Translations under genes and position numbers: made by a program | Shown: in pieces, positions 53,242 to 63,559 of the stretch | Numbering within the stretch: position 1 is the stretch's first letter | How the letters are laid out: each line of letters begins with the position of its first letter | Source of the DNA: a bacterium | Lineage (GTDB): Bacteria > UBA10199 > DSSB01 | Direction: 5' to 3' | NCBI GenBank assembly: GCA_048499175.1 | Contig: JASOAK010000004.1 | Location: 36,373 to 100,372 of the forward strand | DNA length: 64,000 bases | Notes under the pieces: model-generated | The model's database searches: none | The model's input: only the letters and a program-made list of their open reading frames with translations | Told to the model about the DNA's origin: nothing

Positions 53242-53654
53242 GATTGGAAGACTTCGACTCCAGCCGCACTCGCGGCCGACGCCAACTGTTTGTCCCGCGT
53301 TGCAAGGGTGTAACCCCGGTCCATGGCCAGGTAGAGGTATGCGGTATCGTAAACCGAGAGCCGGTGCGTATTCCCCATCCACAATAATAGCTCGGACCAT
53401 TCCCCGTCATTCTTATGAATAATTTCCATCGGGAGGCTCTTGATCAGCTTGAAAAAGTCCGTGGAATCCTCGCGGGTGATCTTTTTTCGCCGTTCGGCCG
53501 ACAAGAGGGTGTTGGCGGTCTCGTAGATCCAAATGCCGGGAACAAAAGCCTTGGTCGCCGAAAGCCTTTCAAGGACGGCAGAGGAATATTCGTTAGATTG
53601 CGAGGGAATCACCCAGCCCGAGGTGACCGAACAATCAACCACGAGTGCCCTCAT
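53238..53654 (-). CDS. vapC: PIN-domain toxin VapC
   Basis: Acidic residues at the conserved PIN positions (VVDCSV, YDTAYL, ATRD). Confidence 0.75.
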   Translation of the reverse strand: MRALVVDCSVTSGWVIPSQSNEYSSAVLERLSATKAFVPGIWIYETANTLLSAERRKKITREDSTDFFKLIKSLPMEIIHKNDGEWSELLLWMGNTHRLSVYDTAYLYLAMDRGYTLATRDKQLASAASAAGVEVFQS

Positions 53655-53908
53655 CGTCGACCCTCGGCTTTCATCTTTTGAATTTCTTTGAGGCTGACTC
53701 TCGCTTTAATACGGTTTCGCAAGGCTTTAAGACCCTCAATCGCCTCCCGCACCGACATCTTTTGTTCCGTTGGCACCGGAGACAAGACCGCCACGGCCCT
53801 GCCATGCTTAGTGATAGTAATGCTTTCGCCTTGAGCCACCCGCTCCAGCAAGCGCGGCAAGTGGGTTTTCGCCTCGTAAACTCCGACGGCATCCATATTT
53901 ATCCCCAA
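53651..53908 (-). CDS. Phd/YefM-family antitoxin
   Basis: MDAVGVYEAKTHLPRLLERVAQGESITITKHGRAVAVLSP. Overlaps vapC by 4 bp. Confidence 0.65.
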   Translation of the reverse strand: MGINMDAVGVYEAKTHLPRLLERVAQGESITITKHGRAVAVLSPVPTEQKMSVREAIEGLKALRNRIKARVSLKEIQKMKAEGRR

Positions 53909-54047
53909 TCAAAATTCTAGTCTGAAATAAATTTAAAATGGTCTGATCGACAAGTCAACCCTGTTTAGCACAATCCCGCAACCCTTCCGCCCTCCCGCCG
54001 ATAATAAGCCACACGCACGGGTGGCACGCCTAACGCGGAGCCACTCC

Positions 54048-56876
54048 ATGTCCGATATCGATATCTCCCTCCTTCACCGCCTCGTCCAAAGCGCCTTAGC
54101 CGGCAACGTCGAACTGCAGGCCGTCACCCTGCCGCTCATGGCCGCGGCCGACTCGGACGGGCAGCCCAACGAAGAAGACCTGGTCCTAAGCGACGCCGAG
54201 ATTCAACGCTATGTCACCCGGCTGCGCGAGGAGAGCCGCGGGAACTTAAGCGTCCTTACCCGCAATCGCGACGAGCTGGCCGGCACTCTCAGCGCGGCAC
54301 GCACTCGGTTGTCCGACGCGCACGCCTCCGAAACCGTCCTACAATACCTAGAGCTCGCCGCCTCCCAGGACGGCGACGCAGAAAACTTGAGCGCCGAAGA
54401 AATCGAAATGCTGGTCACCGAGCTGACCCAAGCCAACGAGCAGGCCGGGCAACTCAACGCCGAAACCCTGATCTCCGAGGTCAACACCCTGTTGGACCAC
54501 CTGCGCGCCATGGAGGCCGAGGTCCCGGAGGCCTTTCTCCCCACCGACGAGGCCGCCCGCCGCGCCCCCATCGACCTGAATTTCCTCAAGCACCTCCCGC
54601 CCACCGTCTTCGCGGGCGAGGACGAGCAGAGCGTCATGCTGCAGAATCTGCTGCAGATCGCCGGCGTCGACATCAACGACCGCGACGCCGACTGGAGCCT
54701 GACCTTCGACGAGCTCCAGACCTTCATCAACGACCTTCCGGAAGAGGCCCGCGCCGAATTCCCCGAGGCCGAGCTGACGATGGCCAATTTCCGCTTCCTG
54801 GCGCTCACCCTGCGCGAGGAGATCAACGCCGCGATGGGCGCCGCCGTCGCCGAGGGCGGCGACGCGGCCGAGCACGGGGTCTCCCTTCAAGCCCTGATGG
54901 AGCGCCGCTCCCAGATCTCCGACCCGCGCGTCGACCAGCTCTTCGAGCTGGCGGGCGACGACGGGGTCCTGACCAGCTTGGACGTCGAACGTCACCTGCG
55001 GCGCATGGAAGAAGAGAACCCCGGCTTCCTACAGGGCATGCTGGGCGAGGCCCCCGCCGCCGAGGGCACCGAAGAGCAGACCGATCTACAGCGCGCCACC
55101 GCCTTATTCCTAGCCGGCGCCCGCGCCCTCGCGGCCGACTACGGCGCCGAGGCGATCTCGCCGTCCACCGACGCCGCCGGACCCGTTCCCTTCGACCGCA
55201 ACCTGTATATCTCCCGCCAAGTTTTAGGCGACCTCGAGCGCATGCGCGCCGGCTTCACCCACCGCGAGCGCCAGTACGCCGAGGAGAACACCATCGTCGG
55301 CACGATCGACTTCATCACCTGGGTCTGCACCTTGGGCGGCGCCCTGACCTGGATCGGCGCCGGCGACGCCCCGCGCCAGTCCGAGGAAGACATCGCCGAG
55401 TTCGGCGAGAACATCCTGCCCCGCGTCGGCCCGACCTACCGGCACCTGGTTCGCGAATTTGTCGAGATGCACGACCGCGAGCGGGGCGAGGCCCTGCAGG
55501 AGCTGCGCCGCCTGATCGAGCATCCGCCCAGCGATTTCACCGGCGAACGAACCATCCCGAACGCCCTCGAATACTTTCGCACCCACGACGACGACCTGCT
55601 TCCCGGCCGCAACGCCCGCTACTACGAGCTCTTGACCGACGAGACCTTCCAAGCCGAGCGCCTCTGGAACATCCGCACCGAGCGCAACCCGCGCCGGGCC
55701 GAGGAGATGTGGCTCTCGCTGGCCAACGACCTGCGCGAGGGCACCACCAGCTGGTGGTCGACGGGCACCTACGCCGAAGGCGTCCGCAACCTCGACTTCG
55801 CCCGCGCCATCCTCCACGCCCTGCACCGCGAGTCGACCGACGAGGGAATGCGGAACCGCGCCCATCACGTCCTTCAGGACAGCCTGGGCACCGACATCAC
55901 CGACGACGAAGGCAACGTGGTCGAGGAGGGCGGCGGCGAATTCGGCATCTGGCCGCCCGATTGGTTCCGCAACTACAGCGACGAGAACGAGGACGGCGCC
56001 GCCAGCGACGGGGTCCTACTCGTCGCCAGCTTGGCGACCGGCGCCGGGGCCTTCTCTTTCGGCCGCGGCGCGATGACCACCGCCGGCCGCAGCGCGATCG
56101 GCGCCGGCTTCCTGAGATTCTTGGGCATCCGAGGCACCCAGGCGGTGGTGACCGCCGGGGCGGAGACCGCCGCGACCGAGGCAACCGTCGCCTCCTCCGG
56201 CTGGTTCAGCCGCCACATGGCCAGCTGGGCCGCCCGCCGCGTCGCGGCCGCCGAGGCCGAGCTTGCGGCTGCCACCACCGAGGCCGAGCTCGCCGCCGCC
56301 CGCCAGGCCCTGATCCGGGCCCAAGGCGTGCAGCGCATCCTGACCTCGCCGACCATGCTCACCACCGCCGCCGAGACCGTCGCGCCCAATGCGACCGGCT
56401 GGTGGGGCCGCATCGTCGCCGCCCATCCGCCCATTTCCGAGGCCCTGGCCCGCGCCGCCGCCGTGACCAACGCCGAGACCCGCGCCGCCGCCACCCGCGC
56501 CCTCATGGCCCGAGCCAGCGTCGCCACCCTGGAAAACATCAGCCTGCGCGGTCTCGGCCGCGGCCTGCGCTGGATGAGCTACGAGGGCATCGTCTCCTAC
56601 GGCATCGCGGGCTACGTCTTCCAGCACGCCCCGCGGCACAGCAACCACCCGCTGATCTTCGACCGCGAATACGAGCTGAGCCTACCGGAGGGCGAGGCGC
56701 CCAGCGCCCGCGCCGCCGTTCCCCCGGCCTCCGACGCCCATGCCCGCGCCCCCCGGCGGCCCCGGGATCGCGACCGGGTTCGACGGCCCAACCCCAGCGC
56801 CGCGACCGGGACCTTGGTCCCCCTTGGCGGCGATGCGGGGGCCGAGAGCCCGCTTCGGGGCGAAGGCCGGCGATAA
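54048..56876 (+). CDS. Large acidic hypothetical protein (~940 aa) with Ala/Gly-rich hydrophobic C-terminal segments
   Basis: Long ORF with a conserved upstream TCCCGCCGATAA element. No recognisable catalytic motif. An upstream GTG at 54021 is an alternative start. Confidence 0.6.
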   Translation: MSDIDISLLHRLVQSALAGNVELQAVTLPLMAAADSDGQPNEEDLVLSDAEIQRYVTRLREESRGNLSVLTRNRDELAGTLSAARTRLSDAHASETVLQYLELAASQDGDAENLSAEEIEMLVTELTQANEQAGQLNAETLISEVNTLLDHLRAMEAEVPEAFLPTDEAARRAPIDLNFLKHLPPTVFAGEDEQSVMLQNLLQIAGVDINDRDADWSLTFDELQTFINDLPEEARAEFPEAELTMANFRFLALTLREEINAAMGAAVAEGGDAAEHGVSLQALMERRSQISDPRVDQLFELAGDDGVLTSLDVERHLRRMEEENPGFLQGMLGEAPAAEGTEEQTDLQRATALFLAGARALAADYGAEAISPSTDAAGPVPFDRNLYISRQVLGDLERMRAGFTHRERQYAEENTIVGTIDFITWVCTLGGALTWIGAGDAPRQSEEDIAEFGENILPRVGPTYRHLVREFVEMHDRERGEALQELRRLIEHPPSDFTGERTIPNALEYFRTHDDDLLPGRNARYYELLTDETFQAERLWNIRTERNPRRAEEMWLSLANDLREGTTSWWSTGTYAEGVRNLDFARAILHALHRESTDEGMRNRAHHVLQDSLGTDITDDEGNVVEEGGGEFGIWPPDWFRNYSDENEDGAASDGVLLVASLATGAGAFSFGRGAMTTAGRSAIGAGFLRFLGIRGTQAVVTAGAETAATEATVASSGWFSRHMASWAARRVAAAEAELAAATTEAELAAARQALIRAQGVQRILTSPTMLTTAAETVAPNATGWWGRIVAAHPPISEALARAAAVTNAETRAAATRALMARASVATLENISLRGLGRGLRWMSYEGIVSYGIAGYVFQHAPRHSNHPLIFDREYELSLPEGEAPSARAAVPPASDAHARAPRRPRDRDRVRRPNPSAATGTLVPLGGDAGAESPLRGEGRR

Positions 56877-57189
56877 AATTCCGAGGGCCCTCCTTCGCCT
56901 TCCTTAGCAACCAATCCGCCCTTGGGACGATATTTAGTACCGAGGGCATTGTTGAATGGGACTGGACACGGGGGCAGAGAATAAATGGGGGCACAGACCC
57001 ATCCCGTTTATTTCCTTCCTGTAATTTGCGGCCAATCGTCCGCATAACGTCCAGAAATCACTGGGGATTTTAAATTCGCATCCTGCGGACCGGTTTTCTG
57101 CGTCCGAAGGGCGCGGCAACGGGACGAGACGTCTCGGCCGCGGCATGGGCCGCGTTCCGAGTCGGCAGCATAGGTACGGGAGGCACACC

Positions 57190-58926
57190 ATGACCCCACC
57201 AAAGGTCGATATTCAATCGCTCGATTCGCTCTATCTGGAGAACCTGATCCAATTGGACGTCAACGAGGCCGCCAAGCGCTTCACGGGTTCCGACCTCGTC
57301 CTCGACACCAAGACCGGCGCCCTCGCCAAGGCCGGCAAGGACGGCGCCGCCGGAGAGGCGACCAGCCTCGAGCAGGAGGCCGCCTGGGTCCAGACCATCC
57401 GCGAGGCCGACATCAACAAGGACCACTACGTCGACGTCGACGAGGTCAAGAAGCTGCTCGGCAAGCTCCCCGCCGACCAGGCCTCGGCCATCGATCCCAA
57501 AAAATTCCTCGAGAGCGTCGAAAAGCTGATGAAAGATCGCTACGATCCCCTCGCCAAGAACATGAAGGGTTGGAAGGCCGAGCTCGCCTTCCGTCCGACC
57601 TTGGACGCACTGGACCTCTACAACAAGGGCCTGCTGAGCGAAGGTTACCGCCACGCCGGCGCCACCATCGCCATGAACGGCCTGACCAAGACCCTGGCCA
57701 ACGTCGGCGGTTTCATCAGCTATCCCGTCCGCCGCATCGGCGGAAAGACCGAGGTGCTGTGGGGCGACCAAAAGGCCATGGCCGCCGCGAAGAAGGATTT
57801 CGAGACCCGCCAGGAGATCTTGAACAAGCTGCGCGACGTCATCCAAAAGGGCGTCGCCGCCAACGAATCCTGGGCCGTCGAGGGCAAACTCGACGAGGCC
57901 CTGAAGAAGCTCGACGCCAAGGACGCGGCGGTCCTCAACGACCAGCTGGCGGCCGCCAAGATCCACGAGATCCTGAATACGGCCGACCCCAAAGAGCGCA
58001 ACCAGAAGATGATGGAGTTCGCCAAGAAGGAACGCCCCGGCTTCCTCGGCTTCGGCACCGGCAACACCAGCGCGGGTTGGTTCAGCGATTTTTGGAACTA
58101 CTCCGGCCACCGCCACAACCTGTATTTCGGCCGCACCACGCTGCGCTTCCTGGGCACCAAGGCCAACTCGGGCGACGTCGGCGCGGACGACGCGATGCAC
58201 AAGGACGCCCGAGCCACCCTGGCCGACATGAACGGCGACCCGCTCGGCGGCTTCAACAACCTGGCGGCGGTGGGCCTCACCAATATCTTCTGCGTCGGCG
58301 GCAAGGCCTGCCAGCCCACCGAGTACCGCGACTGGTCCGACGAGGCGGTCATGGACGGCCTCGGCCGCGGCATCGACGGGGCTTTGATGGTTTGGGGCGG
58401 CAACCGCTTCCTCACCCGCCTGGGCGAGGCCGGCAAGCTGGCGCGCCTCAAGGGCGTCTACGGCGCCGAGGGCAGCGTGATGCAGGTGTGGAAGGCCTCG
58501 CTGGGCGAGAGCAAATTCAACATCCTCGCCGGCGGCAAGTGGGGCGAGGCCGCCCTGGCCGCGGAGAAAGAGGCCGAGCTGCTCGGATTGGCCGGCAAGT
58601 CGGCCAAGGACGGCCGCTTCTGGAAGCTCCTCGACAAATGGGACTCGGCCAAGAAGGGCATGAAGGAATGGATCTTCAAGGGCGTTCCGCTCAGCGCGGA
58701 ACAGACGGCCCTGTTGGAAAAGGGCGCCAAGATGAGCGGCAAGGGCATGGACAAGCTCACCAAGGGCGTCGTCCTCCTGGGCATCGCGCAATACGCCGAC
58801 CAGAAGCTCTCGGCCCCCTACAACCCCTTCGAGCACGGCCTGCAGGACATGAACCGCGAGGCGGAGTTCGAGCGCTATCCGGACCCGACCAAGCCCGACC
58901 CGACCCTGCACGCGCCGAAGAAATAG
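57190..58926 (+). CDS. Hypothetical protein, family B copy 1 (MTPPKVD... with EF-hand-like loop)
   Basis: GGGAGG ribosome-binding site. Paralog of 59478-61262. Loop DINKDHYVDVDE. Confidence 0.65.
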   Translation: MTPPKVDIQSLDSLYLENLIQLDVNEAAKRFTGSDLVLDTKTGALAKAGKDGAAGEATSLEQEAAWVQTIREADINKDHYVDVDEVKKLLGKLPADQASAIDPKKFLESVEKLMKDRYDPLAKNMKGWKAELAFRPTLDALDLYNKGLLSEGYRHAGATIAMNGLTKTLANVGGFISYPVRRIGGKTEVLWGDQKAMAAAKKDFETRQEILNKLRDVIQKGVAANESWAVEGKLDEALKKLDAKDAAVLNDQLAAAKIHEILNTADPKERNQKMMEFAKKERPGFLGFGTGNTSAGWFSDFWNYSGHRHNLYFGRTTLRFLGTKANSGDVGADDAMHKDARATLADMNGDPLGGFNNLAAVGLTNIFCVGGKACQPTEYRDWSDEAVMDGLGRGIDGALMVWGGNRFLTRLGEAGKLARLKGVYGAEGSVMQVWKASLGESKFNILAGGKWGEAALAAEKEAELLGLAGKSAKDGRFWKLLDKWDSAKKGMKEWIFKGVPLSAEQTALLEKGAKMSGKGMDKLTKGVVLLGIAQYADQKLSAPYNPFEHGLQDMNREAEFERYPDPTKPDPTLHAPKK

Positions 58927-59030
58927 CTTACGAAAGCACCCCGCCGCCCGATCACTCCGACACCGGGGGCACAGCGCGGCATGGCGACATGCCGCGAGAG
59001 ACGGCGGCGGGGGCGACCACACCCCCTGGT

Positions 59031-59059
59031 AACCCGGATCGGATCTTCCCTTCCGGGTT
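59031..59059 (+). terminator. Stem-loop AACCCGGA-N12-TCCGGGTT after family-B copy 1
   Basis: 8-bp perfect stem. The paralog carries an equivalent hairpin. Confidence 0.45.
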
Positions 59060-59477
59060 ATCTATTCGTGGGTTCGGAGCAAGTCCGAACCCACGAAAGC
59101 CCAGGGGGTGGCTTCCGCCCTCCCCCTTCAACCCCCAGCGGTTAGGGTACTTTCTTGATTCTTATTCCTCATTGGCTCGAAGGAGATCTGAACCCACTAA
59201 AGCGTAGGCGACGGCTTCCGCCCTCCCCCTTCAACCCCCAGCGGCTAGGGTACTAAAGTCTCATTTAAGCAACCTCTCGGGGATTCCTCCGATACCTGGG
59301 ACGATGACGTTTTTGGCGTTGTCGCCGGTCCCCGGCGGCGGCGCTTGGCTCGGGGCACAAATGGCGTCTTTCCTACCTACCGTTCCATTTGGCCTCATTT
59401 AAATCTCGCACGGGCACTCCAGGGTACGGACCGATCGTCCGCGCCTCCTGTCGTGTCTCGCGCGCACGGAGGCACCC

Positions 59478-61262
59478 ATGACCCCACCCAAGGTGGACAA
59501 GGTCGACATCCGACCTTTGGATACGCTGTATTTCGAGAATCTCCCCATGCTCGAGCCCCAGGAGGTCGCCGCGGTATTGCGGGGCTCCGACCTCACGCTC
59601 GACATGCAGACCGGCGAGCTGAAGCGCCTGCTGGCCGGCGGCCAGACCGAGCCGCGCAGCCTCGAGGAAGAGGCCGCCTGGGCCCAATTGATCCGGGAAT
59701 CGGACGCCAACGGCGACAAAATCCTCGACGTGGCCGAAGCGCGGCGGCTCCTCACGGCCAACCTCGCCGCGGAGCAGGCCTCCGGCATCGAACCGGAAAA
59801 ATTCCTCGCCAGCATCGACGAGCTGATGAAGAACCGCTACGCGCCGATCTCGGCCAACATGAAGGCCCTGCAGTCGCGCTCCGTCTTCGGCCCGACCCTC
59901 GACGCGATCAAGCTCTACAACCGAGGCATTCACGCGGACGAGGTTCACATGGCGCACCGGACCTTCGCCCTTAACGGCGTCGGCAAGACCGCCACCAATA
60001 TCGTCGGCTTCCTGCCTTCCCTGACTCGAAATATTTGGACCGACAGCCCCCTGCTGATCGGCAACGCGGCGGCGGAGAGCGCCGCGGAGGGGAAATTCCT
60101 CGACCGCGAGGCGGCGATCGCGAAGCTCGAGTCCGTCATCGACGAGGCGGTCCGCAAAAACGAATCCTGGGCCCTGGAAGGCAAGCTGGAAGAGGCGATG
60201 AAGAAGCTCGACGCCGGCACCCGCGCCCTGCTCAACGACGAGCTCTGCGCGACCCGCCTGCACCAGATCCTCACCCTGAAGGACTCGAAGGAGCGCTACA
60301 GCCAGCTCCTCGCCTTCGCCGAGGGCGAGCGCCCCGGCTTCCTCGGCTACGGCGGCGGCAACAGCAAGATGAGCGGAGGCTGGTTCGAAAGCTGGTGGAA
60401 CTTAAGCGGCCGCCGCAACAACCTCTTCTTCGCCAAGACCATCTTCCGCTTCCTGGCCGTCAAGGCGGCCACTCAAGACCCCGCCTACGACGACAGCCTC
60501 GACAAGCGCTCCCGCTCCGCCTTCAGCGACATGCTGGGCGACGGCGGCGGCTTCGGCAATATAGCGGCCGTGGGGCTCACCAATATTTTCTGCGTAGGCG
60601 GCGCCTTCTGCGAGCCCACCCAGTACCGAGATTGGTCCGACGAGGCGGCCATGGACGGCCTGGGGCGGGGCATCAACGGCGCCCTGATGGTCTGGGGCGC
60701 GCGCCGCGCCTTCAGCATCTTCGGCGAGGCCCGCCGCTTGGGCAGCGTCACGAGCTACCGCAACGTCTGGAACGTGTGGAAAAGCGAGGGCAGCATCTTT
60801 GCCCGCACCGCCCCCGACGCCGCGCGATTCAAGCCCTTCGGCGGCAATGCCTGGGCCGAGGCCGCGACCAAGGCCGAGAAGGAGGCCGAGGTCCTGGGCG
60901 AGGCCAGCCGAACCCTCGGCGAAGGCGCCAAGGGCCGCTTCGGCCGCCTGGTCGAAAAGGTCACCGCCCCCGTCTCGCGGGCGAAGAGCGCCGCCGGCGC
61001 CTGGCTCTTCAAGGGACTGCCCCCGCTCAGCGCGGGCCAGCTGGCCGCATTGAAGAAGACGGGCTCCCTCGGCAAGAACGGGCTCGGCAAGCTGGTGAAG
61101 GGCGTTCTCATCCTGGGCATCGTGCAGTACAGCGACCAGAAGCTCGCCCCCGCCTTCAACCCCTTCGAGTACGGCTTCACCGACTACGACCGGGAGGCGG
61201 ACCTCGATCCCTATCCGGACCTGACCAAGGCGCCCCTCCCGCAGGCGGCACCGGCCAAGTAA
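59478..61262 (+). CDS. Hypothetical protein, family B copy 2
   Basis: Shares conserved blocks with copy 1 (AAVGLTNIFCVGG.AC.PT.YRDWSDEA.MDGLGRGI.GALMVWG). EF-hand-like loop DANGDKILDVAE. Confidence 0.65.
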   Translation: MTPPKVDKVDIRPLDTLYFENLPMLEPQEVAAVLRGSDLTLDMQTGELKRLLAGGQTEPRSLEEEAAWAQLIRESDANGDKILDVAEARRLLTANLAAEQASGIEPEKFLASIDELMKNRYAPISANMKALQSRSVFGPTLDAIKLYNRGIHADEVHMAHRTFALNGVGKTATNIVGFLPSLTRNIWTDSPLLIGNAAAESAAEGKFLDREAAIAKLESVIDEAVRKNESWALEGKLEEAMKKLDAGTRALLNDELCATRLHQILTLKDSKERYSQLLAFAEGERPGFLGYGGGNSKMSGGWFESWWNLSGRRNNLFFAKTIFRFLAVKAATQDPAYDDSLDKRSRSAFSDMLGDGGGFGNIAAVGLTNIFCVGGAFCEPTQYRDWSDEAAMDGLGRGINGALMVWGARRAFSIFGEARRLGSVTSYRNVWNVWKSEGSIFARTAPDAARFKPFGGNAWAEAATKAEKEAEVLGEASRTLGEGAKGRFGRLVEKVTAPVSRAKSAAGAWLFKGLPPLSAGQLAALKKTGSLGKNGLGKLVKGVLILGIVQYSDQKLAPAFNPFEYGFTDYDREADLDPYPDLTKAPLPQAAPAK

Positions 61263-61359
61263 TTTACGAAAGCATCCCGTCCCCGCCGACCTGGGGCTGG
61301 GGCCGGCCGCGAGGTAGGCCCTACCGCGAGGCGGGGTGGGACCGACCACACCCCCCTTT

Positions 61360-61399
61360 AGCCCGGATCCGATCTCCCTGGTCCGGGCTAAAGTTTTTA
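61360..61399 (+). terminator. Rho-independent terminator AGCCCGGA-N14-TCCGGGCT followed by AAAGTTTTT
   Basis: Perfect 8-bp stem followed by a U-run. Confidence 0.65.
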
Positions 61400-61450
61400 A
61401 GTATATAAAATTATTATATTTTTTAATAGACCGTGCCTGTTGCGGCCTCC

Positions 61451-61546
61451 GTAGGGGCCGTTCGCGCTTGTCCCCCGACTGAGGGGGGAACGGCCCCTAC
61501 AGCGCTTGTGACGAGGCCAGACTCTTGAATGGTTCGCCCCTACACC
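61451..61546. repeat. REP-like palindrome GTAGGGGCCGTTC...GAACGGCCCCTAC plus a half-site TTCGCCCCTAC
   Basis: 13-bp perfect stem. Near-identical copy at 63627-63674. Confidence 0.75.
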
Positions 61547-61645
61547 TAACGCACAACTCTTTTCCCTTGGTGCCGATAACCCCCACTGGAAGATGGGGAT
61601 AAAAGTCCTCGCCGCTCGGGCGAGGCAGGTACGGGGGTACTTAAG

Positions 61646-63559
61646 ATGTCAGGGCCGATCAAAGCCGTTCCAGCCGGAGCGGAGCAAACACAATCGTTTC
61701 AATTTTTCCGCGACACCGTCCAAGCCGAACTGGACAAGGCCGCGAAGGCCGCCGGCAAGGCGCCGGTGAAATTCGACCTGGAGAAGGCGAAGGTCTGGAA
61801 CCGCGTCGACGGCGACGGCAGCTTCGAGCTGGTCTACAACGACGAGTCCCTGGATTTCTTCTGCGGCGCCCAGGTGAACTGGCGAAGCCACGAGATCCTG
61901 ATCCGCAGCGGCAAAATCAGCCGAGCCAAGGAAGAGAGCTCCCAAGGCAAGCTGCCCGGCAAACCGGTCGCCGGCAAGTGGATGGACGACGCCTGCACCG
62001 CCACCGAGAAGCTCGCCGGCAAGGAAGAGCTGACCGTCGTGGACGGCCAAGGGAAGAGCGTTCCCCTCGCCTGCCAGGACGGCGTCGGCGACCCGAAGCT
62101 GGTCGGCGCGGACAAGTACACCAGCATCCAAGAGTTCCAAAAGCAGTGCAAGGGCCTCTTCGACGACTACGGCCGCCGCAAGTTCGGCGAGAAGATGGGC
62201 GACCGCTTCGACCTGAAGCGCACCCGGCTCTTCAACCCTTTCCCCGGCGACGGCAACTACAGCGTCCTCTTCGAGAACCGCGCCAACAACTTCTTCTGCG
62301 AGGGCATCGTCGACAGCAGCATGCACACCATGTTGGTCCGCTCCGGCAGCATCCAGGACATGCTGAAGGAGGAAGGCGAGATCGGGACGCCGATCCCGAT
62401 GAACGACGCCTGCTCGATGACGACCGGCCTGCTCGGAAAGAACGAGCTGATCGATCCCGACAAGTGCAAGGACGTCACCGCGGCGGAGCGTTCCCAGCAC
62501 AACTACCTCTCCTATGCCTGGCACGGATTTTTGACCGCCTCGGCGGTTTGGGGCGGCGTCAAGCTCTACCGCAAGCTGGCCGCGATGCCTCGAATGCAGG
62601 CCCTGTTCCGCCTTCCCCTGATCCGCAACCTCGGTTGGGGCGCCTTGGCCTATCTGGGCTACGACACGGTCGCCAGCAACTTCGTGAAGGAAGACCATTG
62701 GGCCCGCAAGTACGGGAGCCCGATCGCCGGCGGCCTCGGCGTGGCCGCCCCCGAGATCGCGCGCGCGACCGGACTGGCCACGCGGCTCTCCGCGGTCCCC
62801 GCCGTCAGCCGTGTCGCCCCGATCGCCTCGCGGGCCACCGCCGGCCTCGCCGCGGTGTGGGTGATGAACAAGGCCTTCCAATGGGGCATCGGCAGCGACT
62901 ACGAGGCCTCGGTGAACCGCCGCGTCACCGACCAGATCTACGACAAACACGTCTACGAGCTGGACGGTTGGGATTTTCTGGTGGTTCCGCTAGCGGTGAA
63001 GGGCCTGCGCGCCGGCAGCCGCTTCCTGGCCCCCGACGCGATGGAGTGGGCGGTCACCATGGACAACGACGATCTCAAGGCGAAGGTCTACGAAGAGGAC
63101 AAAACCAATTCGGAGCAGGGCGAGGCCTTCTTCCGCGAGGTCCTGCCCCACTTCCTCCACGCCGAAAATCCGGCCGACCGCGACGCCTTTCTCGAGATGC
63201 TGCGCAAACCCTCCGAAATGTCGGTGACCGACCTCCCCAAGGCCTTGGTCTTTTTCGACAAGGGGGCCGAAGGCCTGAAGTCGAGCTACCCGAGCCTGAG
63301 CGACGAGGACATCGAGCTCTTCGCCCGCAAGGCCCTCGCCTACAAGATCCAGGAGTGCGCCAAGTTCCTGGTCTTCGTCGAGCAGCCGGTCAACGACTGG
63401 GCCCGCGAGCTCTTCAACGCCGACGGCACCCTCAAGTCCGGCGAAGACGCGGTGAAGAAGCTGCAAGACCGCTGGCCCAAGCCCGGCAGCCTGCCCAAAA
63501 AGGCCTCGCTCGATTCGCACGACATCGAGCTTTCCGAGAGCATGTCCAAGTACGGATGA
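61646..63559 (+). CDS. Hypothetical protein, family C copy 1 (internal duplicated FFC-x-G...RSG-I module, hydrophobic C-terminal region)
   Basis: Internal repeat FFCGAQVNWRSHEILIRSGKI / FFCEGIVDSSMHTMLVRSGSI. The N-terminus is shared with the 63861 gene. Confidence 0.65.
   Translation: MSGPIKAVPAGAEQTQSFQFFRDTVQAELDKAAKAAGKAPVKFDLEKAKVWNRVDGDGSFELVYNDESLDFFCGAQVNWRSHEILIRSGKISRAKEESSQGKLPGKPVAGKWMDDACTATEKLAGKEELTVVDGQGKSVPLACQDGVGDPKLVGADKYTSIQEFQKQCKGLFDDYGRRKFGEKMGDRFDLKRTRLFNPFPGDGNYSVLFENRANNFFCEGIVDSSMHTMLVRSGSIQDMLKEEGEIGTPIPMNDACSMTTGLLGKNELIDPDKCKDVTAAERSQHNYLSYAWHGFLTASAVWGGVKLYRKLAAMPRMQALFRLPLIRNLGWGALAYLGYDTVASNFVKEDHWARKYGSPIAGGLGVAAPEIARATGLATRLSAVPAVSRVAPIASRATAGLAAVWVMNKAFQWGIGSDYEASVNRRVTDQIYDKHVYELDGWDFLVVPLAVKGLRAGSRFLAPDAMEWAVTMDNDDLKAKVYEEDKTNSEQGEAFFREVLPHFLHAENPADRDAFLEMLRKPSEMSVTDLPKALVFFDKGAEGLKSSYPSLSDEDIELFARKALAYKIQECAKFLVFVEQPVNDWARELFNADGTLKSGEDAVKKLQDRWPKPGSLPKKASLDSHDIELSESMSKYG

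Noticed and set aside
59067-59253. CRISPR array
   Set aside because: Only two copies of a long (41-bp) repeat separated by about 60 bp, with no further units. The REP-like hairpins elsewhere are dispersed, not arrayed.
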